DNA from: an uncultured bacterium
Lineage (GTDB): Bacteria; UBP4; UBA4092
NCBI GenBank assembly: GCA_964644695.1
Contig: CAZXWN010000017.1
Coordinates: 1 to 42,693, forward strand
DNA length: 42,693 bases
Reading direction: 5' to 3'
Under the pieces are notes generated by a model, which worked only from the letters and a program-made list of their open reading frames with translations, ran no database searches and was not told the origin of the DNA. This document shows, one piece after another, positions 36,310 through 42,693 of the stretch. A program made the position numbers and the translations under genes. Every line of letters begins with the position of its first letter. Position 1 is the stretch's first letter.

Positions 36310-37431
36310 ATGAACATCACGAAAGAAAAGATATTTCGCGCATTAACTAACTCTGATTATCGAAAATTGGTGATTCAAGGGCGAATTTGCAATATTCGCC
36401 GCTGGTATGAAGATAAGACTGGGTACTATCCACCTCCTAAATACGTCACCCTCTTTATTACTCACATCTGTAACTTACACTGTCGAATGTGTGCCCAATA
36501 TGGTGACTCTGGAACTACGAATACTTTGGTTGACAGGCCTGTGATGTCCGTTGAAGTAGCACAAAAAATTATAAATCAGATAGAGTCGTTTCACCCTTCA
36601 ATTACATTGATGGGAGGAGAGCCTTTATCAAATCCAAACTGGCCAGAAATTACAAAGATTGTGAAAGAAAAAAACCTGTTTTGCGATGTAATAACTAACG
36701 GTACGTTACTGGAGCGAAATGCACAGGCTTTAGTGGATTCAGGGATAGACTGTATTAATATTTCATTGGATGGAATTGGACAATACAATGATGTGATTCG
36801 GGGTAAAGGGGTATATGACAAGGTTGTTCGTGGAGTAGAAGCTGTAAACTCCATCCGAAAAGCCTCTGGAAAAGTGAAACCAGAGATAAACTTTTTCTTT
36901 ACAATCAACGGTCCTAATCATACTCATTTAATTGAATTTGTGGAATGGGCCAGCACGCAGCCTATCAAAAAAGTAGTATTCAATCACCTTCGTTTTTACA
37001 GTCAGTCTACATATGAAAAACAAGACCGAATTATGAAGCAATTATTTGGTGGTAATACGGATTGCCAGGCTGGTTTTATCTTTGAACCGGACCCAATTGA
37101 TACTGATATTTTGGGAAAACAGATTTCAGAAATAAAACAGCGGAAATGGCCTATTGAAATTTATTGTCAGCCCAATCATCCGATTGAGGAGCTGGATGAA
37201 TATTATCATAATGAACACTATACACGGAAAACAATCAAAGATTGTGCCGTCCCTTTTGAAGGATTATCGATTGAATCGTATGGCAATGTAGTTCCCTGTA
37301 TGGATTTTGTATGTGGGAATATCAATGACAAAAATATTCTTGATATTTGGAACGGTGAAGAATATCGAAAATTCAGACGATTTTTTAATAAACATGGTCG
37401 GTTTCCCATTTGTCATCGATGTTGTGTTTGA
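36310..37431 (+). CDS. Radical SAM protein with SPASM/twitch domain
   Basis: CNLHCRMC, GGEP, TNG, ISLDG; C-terminal C..PF...GNVVPC...CGNI...IWNG...CHRCC. Confidence 0.92.
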   Translation: MNITKEKIFRALTNSDYRKLVIQGRICNIRRWYEDKTGYYPPPKYVTLFITHICNLHCRMCAQYGDSGTTNTLVDRPVMSVEVAQKIINQIESFHPSITLMGGEPLSNPNWPEITKIVKEKNLFCDVITNGTLLERNAQALVDSGIDCINISLDGIGQYNDVIRGKGVYDKVVRGVEAVNSIRKASGKVKPEINFFFTINGPNHTHLIEFVEWASTQPIKKVVFNHLRFYSQSTYEKQDRIMKQLFGGNTDCQAGFIFEPDPIDTDILGKQISEIKQRKWPIEIYCQPNHPIEELDEYYHNEHYTRKTIKDCAVPFEGLSIESYGNVVPCMDFVCGNINDKNILDIWNGEEYRKFRRFFNKHGRFPICHRCCV

Positions 37432-37467
37432 TGCATAAAAATGGCACACAAGCCCGTAATATATAGC

Positions 37468-37497
37468 AAAAAAGCCCAAATTACTTGGGCTTTTTTT
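37468..37497. terminator. Bidirectional terminator
   Basis: AAAAAAGCCCAA/TTGGGCTTTTTT. Confidence 0.9.
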
Positions 37498-37508
37498 ATT
37501 ATCTATGA

Positions 37509-37688
37509 TTAATTGGTGGAGTTTTTCTGGATGTAGATTTTGAGGGCTTTCACGATATCTGGATACAGCTTGTGTAACTGTATCAGGGTAAGGATCGTTA
37601 AAACCATAAGGACAAGTTTCAGGCCTGCCGTCAGAGCGATAAAGAGATTTTTCAGAATATCGAACAGATAAATATTACAAGGGTACAT
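37509..37688 (-). CDS. Small single-TM protein (59 aa), below the ORF-track cutoff
   Basis: Hand translation: MYPCNIYLFDILKNLFIALTAGLKLVLMVLTILTLIQLHKLYPDIVKALKIYIQKNSTN. AAAGGA RBS; fills the gap between the GH127 stop and the terminator. Confidence 0.65.
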   Translation of the reverse strand: MYPCNIYLFDILKNLFIALTAGLKLVLMVLTILTLIQLHKLYPDIVKALKIYIQKNSTN

Positions 37689-37717
37689 GATGATATAAAT
37701 CCTTTCTTCATTTATTG

Positions 37718-39589
37718 TTATTTAATGACGGGGAATTCGGTGATACGAAGACGGGCACACCCATAGGGAATCAGAGTGAGCGGGATATTCTTCCCTGAAT
37801 GTTTGGGATTCTCCGGAACGGGTGCGGCAACCAGCCCCTCCATCTTCCATTCGGGCAATTCGACTCCTTCGATCTGGAGTTGAACGGGTGCCGTGATGGA
37901 ATCAAAGGGTTGGACTGCCAGCGGATTTTGTTTGATGCTGATCGGCCCGACGAGTTTGTCCTCTTTGAGGTGGAGACCATATGCCCATGGAGTTGTTGGA
38001 TGGACTTCCCAGGTGGAAAAGGGTTCGGAACCGTAGAGTTTCTTCCAGGACTCTCCAATGGGAAGGACAAACACCAGAGGCCCTCTTTGAAGGGAACAGG
38101 ATTGCCGGTGCCAGCGGCTGATTTTAAGTTCCATCGGGAAAGACAGTTCTACCATATCTCCCGGAGTCCAGACTCGATTTATCGTGAAGAAACTCCCGGA
38201 GGAAACACCTTCCATAATTCGGCCATTCAGACAGACTTTAGGAGACTGACACCAGCCGGGGATTCTCAGGGATAATGAAAATTCAAGCGGAGTATCTGGT
38301 TGAATCGTCATTTGAACGAATTCACGGAAAGGATATCCGGTAACCACTGACACTTTGACGGGAACACCTTTCCATTGTGTATTTAATTGACAGGGGCCAT
38401 AGGCTAAAGCTGCCAGCCCGTCGGAACTTTCCGCCCACATCCGGGCAACGAATTTCGGCCATCCCTGATGAAGATTTGCAGTACAACATCCATAATTGGG
38501 TTCCAACCCGAACAGGTTTGAGTCCTCAAAATTAGTCGTCCAGGGCCGTTTCCCTAAACTTACCAATACTTGATTGGGTGACTGGTCATAACAATGGCCC
38601 CAGAAATCAGGCGTGAAACAAGCCGGCAGAGCATTAAAAGCGATAGTCTCCAACTGGTCCAGGAAATCGACCTCACCGGTGATTTGTGCCAGAAGTTCCA
38701 GTGAGAACATCAGTTCCACGACCGCACAAGTCTCCGTCCCCTGAACGGGAGAATCCCCCGCCAGACATTCATCACCAGAGAATATCCCGGTGGGGAATCC
38801 ATGATATTTTTTGAGGTTATCCAGACCGATTCGGACGGATTCCCGGAAGGCATCTTTCCCGGTAAACAAATACCGGAAGATGGGGTCTTTGACGGCCATT
38901 GCATCATTCACAACATGATTGGGGTATTCCCATTTAGTGGCTTTTTCTTTATAAGGAAACTCCCGGAAATAAGGAGACCAGTCAAAAGATTTCGCCATCA
39001 ACTCATCAGCAATTTCTGTCAGTTCGGTGTCCTGTGTCTGAGCATACAGCCATGCCAGAACATACAACGCTTCAGCGACTCGGTAATAAGCCCACTGATT
39101 ATTTGCATCTATCACGAGAGATTCACGATTTGCCAGCCACCCCCGCAGGAACCGGAAGTATTTCAACATGAACAGGGGGATCCGGGAATCCTGATTCAAG
39201 GCATGCCAGGATACCAATACTTTCAACATCACAAACCGGGGCCATGGGTCATCAAAAGTCTCCGGCCCAAACTGGCCGGATTCCTTCTGACTGTTCAATG
39301 TCCATTCGATCCAGGGCCGGGCTTTGGTGGTCAGCCACTCGTCTCCCAATACTCCCGCCAGGGGGACCAGTCCATCGAGGTAATAGGGGCCGCGTTCCCA
39401 ACTTTCGCCAGACCCGCCTCTCCATCCGGAATCAGGACCGATGTCGTTCCAATATTCATCCAGGTGACCGGTGACGGTGATAGCCTGAAGTCGGAGCTGG
39501 TCTTTGAGCCATCCGGCAGGTTTTATTTTTCCTAAGGGTAGTGCCTTGTATGAGACGGATATGGGTAATCCTGTAATACGGCTGTGCAT
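37718..39589 (-). CDS. GH127/GH146-like glycoside hydrolase (beta-L-arabinofuranosidase family)
   Basis: IKPAGWL..QL, WERGPYYLDG, HVVN, GDE, ETC..VE, YDQSPNQ, CCTAN, LRIPGW, RGPLV, LIPYG. Start placed at ATG 39589. No signal peptide. Confidence 0.88.
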   Translation of the reverse strand: MHSRITGLPISVSYKALPLGKIKPAGWLKDQLRLQAITVTGHLDEYWNDIGPDSGWRGGSGESWERGPYYLDGLVPLAGVLGDEWLTTKARPWIEWTLNSQKESGQFGPETFDDPWPRFVMLKVLVSWHALNQDSRIPLFMLKYFRFLRGWLANRESLVIDANNQWAYYRVAEALYVLAWLYAQTQDTELTEIADELMAKSFDWSPYFREFPYKEKATKWEYPNHVVNDAMAVKDPIFRYLFTGKDAFRESVRIGLDNLKKYHGFPTGIFSGDECLAGDSPVQGTETCAVVELMFSLELLAQITGEVDFLDQLETIAFNALPACFTPDFWGHCYDQSPNQVLVSLGKRPWTTNFEDSNLFGLEPNYGCCTANLHQGWPKFVARMWAESSDGLAALAYGPCQLNTQWKGVPVKVSVVTGYPFREFVQMTIQPDTPLEFSLSLRIPGWCQSPKVCLNGRIMEGVSSGSFFTINRVWTPGDMVELSFPMELKISRWHRQSCSLQRGPLVFVLPIGESWKKLYGSEPFSTWEVHPTTPWAYGLHLKEDKLVGPISIKQNPLAVQPFDSITAPVQLQIEGVELPEWKMEGLVAAPVPENPKHSGKNIPLTLIPYGCARLRITEFPVIK

Positions 39590-39719
39590 GGTGATATCCC
39601 TTGTTTGAATATTCAATAGTCAGAATAAAAAGTAATCACTCCATTATCATCCATCTGAGAGTCGCTGACAATCCTGAAGAGTAGAAAATCTTTTCTTTTG
39701 ATGACGGATTAACAAGCAG

Positions 39720-39748
39720 TTGACACGGCCGATGTGATTGCTCATAAT
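39720..39748 (+). promoter_or_regulatory. Sigma70 promoter candidate
   Basis: TTGACA-17 nt-CATAAT upstream of the GGAGAGG RBS and ATG 39798. Confidence 0.75.
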
Positions 39749-39797
39749 TCATCGAATCAACATAATGTGAAATAACCTGATTGGAGAGGTAATCATT

Positions 39798-41531
39798 ATG
39801 AACAAGCGGTTTGGGATACCTTTGTTTTTAGTTTTGATGATGTGGGGATGTTCAGTCTTTGGATTTCAACAGACATTAGGACTGACAACATGGGACGTTG
39901 TGGGGCCGTTCACAGAAACCACGGTGGAGAATAACTGGCGGACGGGTTGGGAGAAAGACTGGATCAATGAATCAAATCCAGATGTGTACTTTTCATCCCT
40001 GACGGAAAAGCCTCCCCTTCAAGTGTTGGCTGGAGACAGTGGGGCGGTGGTGATTTCCGAAACACTGGGAGGGACCCGTGTGATGGGAGTGTTTTATGCA
40101 CGGGCAGAGATTGAGGTTCAGGACGGCGGTGCGGCACTGCTGGCGACGGGTGGTTCCGGTCCGGAACGGGTCTTTGTGAATGGTGAAGTTGTCTGGGACA
40201 AGATATTTAAGAAACGAACCTTTGAAGCAAATCAGGTCAAAATACCCGTTACTTTGAAATCCGGAAAGAATGTCATTTTAGTGAAAATCGTCCGGTTTGA
40301 AAATTTACCGTTTACCTTCAATGTTTCCTTATTACCGGGACAGACAATGGGCGATAAAGTGACAGCCTGGCTGCCGTTCCTCTTTATTATTCTGGTGTGG
40401 GGCGGATTGGGATGGTGGCTCCAACATCGGCCGCACATTGCGGCTTATCCAGAAGGCCGTCTGGTTTCTCTGGATGCATTGCGGGGATTTGATATGTTCT
40501 TCATCACAGGAGGAGGGGCGGTCTTAACGGAACTGGCCTGGAAGATGAACAACATGACCTTGTATCATAATTTTGAACACAAGACCTGGAATGGATTTTT
40601 CTACTGGGATTTGATATTCCCCATGTTCCTGTTCATCGTGGGTGTGGCGGTGCCGCTGGCCACGGAAAGACGGCGGGCAAAGGGAGTCTCTGATGGACAA
40701 ATCGCCAAACACATTATCCTCCGTGGCATTGGTTTGGTATTGCTGGGGATATTCCTGAATGGCGGCATGAAGTTTACGCACCTGTCGGATTTACGGTTGG
40801 CAGGTGTCCTCCAGAGAATCGGGATTTGTTATGTCATGGCGGCGTTACTGTCTTTGAAATTAAACTGGAAGGCATTAACGGGATTGGGTGTAGCGATACT
40901 GGCGGGGTATTGGGCTATGGTCGCACTTATTCCGGTGCCGGGAGTGGGAGCCAATGTCATCTTACCGGACAAATGTCTCCCCAATTATCTGGACCGGTTA
41001 TATCTTCCCGGGAAACAGGTCTGGGGTACCTGGGATAATGAAGGTTTACTCAGTACACTTCCGGCGGTGGTGACTTGTCTGTTGGGTGTATTGGCGGGCA
41101 GGTGGCTGACCTCGGATGTAGATAAAACTCGGAAGGCCGGAGGATTGGCGTTGGCGGGTGTGGTTTCTGCGGCGGTGGGTTGGATGTGGCATCCGTTTTT
41201 CCCGGTCAATAAACTCATCTGGTCCAGTTCGTATGTCCTCGTGGCCGGTGGATACAGTATGTTGTTCCTGGCGGTGTTCTTCTGGGTGGTGGATGTCCGA
41301 GGGTATCGGCGATGGGCATTCCCGTTTATCGTGGTGGGAAGTAACGCCATCTTTGCGTATGCGTTCCCGTGGGTCTTCACTTACAGTGAGATTGCTAACC
41401 GGTTGGGGGGAGGCGTTATTGCCGAATGGTTTGGCCCCTGGTCCAAACTCTATCTTTTCACACTCTCGTATCTGATTTCCTGGTCTGTGCTTTATTGGCT
41501 CTGGAAACGCAAAATATTCTTCAAACTCTAA
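39798..41531 (+). CDS. HGSNAT/NagX (DUF5009)-like membrane acetyltransferase fused to an N-terminal exported beta-sandwich domain
   Basis: RLVSLDALRGFDM, H..WNG...DLIFPMFLFIVG, GVLQRIG, EGLLSTLPA, PVNKLIWSSS. Preceded by a signal peptide, a ~160-aa domain (WDVVGPF...LKSGKNVILVK) and a TM linker. Confidence 0.85.
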   Translation: MNKRFGIPLFLVLMMWGCSVFGFQQTLGLTTWDVVGPFTETTVENNWRTGWEKDWINESNPDVYFSSLTEKPPLQVLAGDSGAVVISETLGGTRVMGVFYARAEIEVQDGGAALLATGGSGPERVFVNGEVVWDKIFKKRTFEANQVKIPVTLKSGKNVILVKIVRFENLPFTFNVSLLPGQTMGDKVTAWLPFLFIILVWGGLGWWLQHRPHIAAYPEGRLVSLDALRGFDMFFITGGGAVLTELAWKMNNMTLYHNFEHKTWNGFFYWDLIFPMFLFIVGVAVPLATERRRAKGVSDGQIAKHIILRGIGLVLLGIFLNGGMKFTHLSDLRLAGVLQRIGICYVMAALLSLKLNWKALTGLGVAILAGYWAMVALIPVPGVGANVILPDKCLPNYLDRLYLPGKQVWGTWDNEGLLSTLPAVVTCLLGVLAGRWLTSDVDKTRKAGGLALAGVVSAAVGWMWHPFFPVNKLIWSSSYVLVAGGYSMLFLAVFFWVVDVRGYRRWAFPFIVVGSNAIFAYAFPWVFTYSEIANRLGGGVIAEWFGPWSKLYLFTLSYLISWSVLYWLWKRKIFFKL

Positions 41532-41549
41532 CCTCTGTTATTTCGAATC

Positions 41550-41588
41550 ATCCACGGAGCAGCTCTGAGCAGCTCCGTGGATTCTTTT
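41550..41588 (+). terminator. Rho-independent terminator
   Basis: ATCCACGGAGC/GCTCCGTGGAT stem plus TCTTTT. Confidence 0.75.
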
Positions 41589-41621
41589 ATGGGGATACTC
41601 AGGTGAGGAAGAACCTGGAAT

Positions 41622-41658
41622 AAAAAAACCGGAGACATCCATCAAGGACATCCCCGGT
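41622..41658 (-). terminator. Probable terminator of the DUF4139 gene
   Basis: Imperfect ACCGG/CCGGT stem with T7 on the minus strand. Confidence 0.55.
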
Positions 41659-41677
41659 ATCTCGGATTGGTAAAGGG

Positions 41678-42691
41678 TTACCAGTTGTAGATCACAGTGT
41701 AAGTAATGACGGTTTCACCGTCTTTAGGAACCTTCACATTATATTCAATGTGACGGCTGTCAATCTTGGTGAAGGAATGAGAACTGTTCCGGATTTCCCA
41801 TTCAGACCAACGATACAGGGTCTCAGGAACCTTCACAGTGACATCAGTATCTTTGTGGTTACGGAGTTTGATTTCAAAAGATTCAGATACGGAATGTCCC
41901 GGAACCAGAACCTTAAATTCAGACTGGCGGCGTTCACCCACTACATCAAAGGCATTTCCGAGGGTCACCCGGATTTTTTCATCTTTGGGTGTATGGTCGA
42001 TACGGTCTTCACCAATAAATTCCTGGCTGCCATCTTTGTCCTGTTGATAGACCCGAATCTTACCGGCAGGAAGTGGCATCCCCATCTTACTCATTTCATC
42101 GTTTTTGAACTCAATCATCTGCACGACTTTTTTATTAAAGTCACTTCCCATGTTGGGTTCAGATACGGGAGAGGCCTCAAAACTATAGAACCAACCGTAT
42201 TTGGGGACTCCGTCATAGACATAAATCTTTTGATAGGGGACTCCGTAGGCATTGTTGAGTTCAATTTGTTTGGTCTGATTATTCAAAACCGTTGCCGGCC
42301 GACCCAAGGTGTAAAGGTGATAGTCAGCAAAAGACTTCTCTGTAAACTGGGGAGCCGCTGCACTATAAGCAAGGCCATCTGCCAGCACCATTTCTGCTTT
42401 GCGGGCATAACGGTTTGGCTGTTCAACATTAACATCACCGGCCATGAGTTTGAGTTTGGCATCTTCAAAAGATTTTCCGGAATTATTAGTCATGGTGACC
42501 CATCCGGTTATATCCAGATTCCGTTCATCCTGACCCAACACCACGACATAATCCGCAGTCCAGGACATCCCCCGGGTGATATACGCCAGTTCGATGTCGT
42601 GACTACCGCCACGCTGTGCGCTTAACAGCCAGTTAAGGGTAGGTTTCAGGATAAGATTTTCGGGGAGTTTCTCCAGACGGACTGTTTCGGG
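41678..42691 (-). CDS. DUF4139-domain protein, 5' end outside the window
   Basis: The frame is open to the window edge (LPENLILKPTLNWLL...ELAYITRGMSWTADY); GMPLPAGKIRVY, FIGEDRIDHTPKDE, LGNAFDV. Confidence 0.82.
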   Translation of the reverse strand, partial: PETVRLEKLPENLILKPTLNWLLSAQRGGSHDIELAYITRGMSWTADYVVVLGQDERNLDITGWVTMTNNSGKSFEDAKLKLMAGDVNVEQPNRYARKAEMVLADGLAYSAAAPQFTEKSFADYHLYTLGRPATVLNNQTKQIELNNAYGVPYQKIYVYDGVPKYGWFYSFEASPVSEPNMGSDFNKKVVQMIEFKNDEMSKMGMPLPAGKIRVYQQDKDGSQEFIGEDRIDHTPKDEKIRVTLGNAFDVVGERRQSEFKVLVPGHSVSESFEIKLRNHKDTDVTVKVPETLYRWSEWEIRNSSHSFTKIDSRHIEYNVKVPKDGETVITYTVIYNW

Positions 42692-42693
42692 TC

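Noticed and set aside
36310-37688. RiPP cluster of radical SAM plus small peptide
   Set aside because: The small ORF is on the opposite strand beyond a terminator and is a TM helix; there is no RRE domain, protease or transporter.
38801-39535. 244-aa plus-strand ORF
   Set aside because: It is an antisense shadow within the GH127-like gene.
41750-42625. 291-aa plus-strand ORF
   Set aside because: It lies antisense to the DUF4139-like gene and has no RBS or recognisable motif.
1-42693. CRISPR arrays, IS elements, prophage genes, integron attC sites
   Set aside because: I saw no regularly spaced repeats, transposase, integrase or phage motifs, or attC-like ends on manual reading. Short degenerate elements could have been missed.

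Overview
This 42.7 kb window is gene-dense bacterial chromosome, probably from an anaerobic or facultative, two-membrane glycan degrader. A stand-alone pseudopilin-like gene ending in YDPTNGTVSxGDI and an 'SVxxW' C-terminal tail on a secreted protease suggest Candidatus Sumerlaeota (BRC1) or a relative; this is recalled, not verified. Carbohydrate-related genes: two paralogous multidomain GH20 hexosaminidases, a GH94-like phosphorylase, a GH127/146-like hydrolase, an HGSNAT/NagX-like membrane acetyltransferase fused to an exported domain, and a GT2-phosphoglycosyl transferase fusion. Other genes: a TolC-MFP-RND operon, a two-gene 2-oxoacid:ferredoxin oxidoreductase (gamma-delta plus alpha-beta), an M6 metalloprotease, two tandem metallophosphoesterases, a radical SAM/twitch enzyme, tRNA-Gly(GCC), several AT-rich membrane ORFans, small Zn-ribbon proteins and a DUF4139-like gene cut by the right edge. 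I found no transposase, integrase, prophage or CRISPR array. The strongest non-coding signals are a helically phased DnaA-box cluster at 17918-17994 with no dnaA gene in the window, a 46-bp hairpin repeated 13.8 kb apart, and a TetR-like palindrome upstream of the efflux operon. No single novel system can be demonstrated from sequence alone. All family calls come from motif recognition by eye, without database searches.
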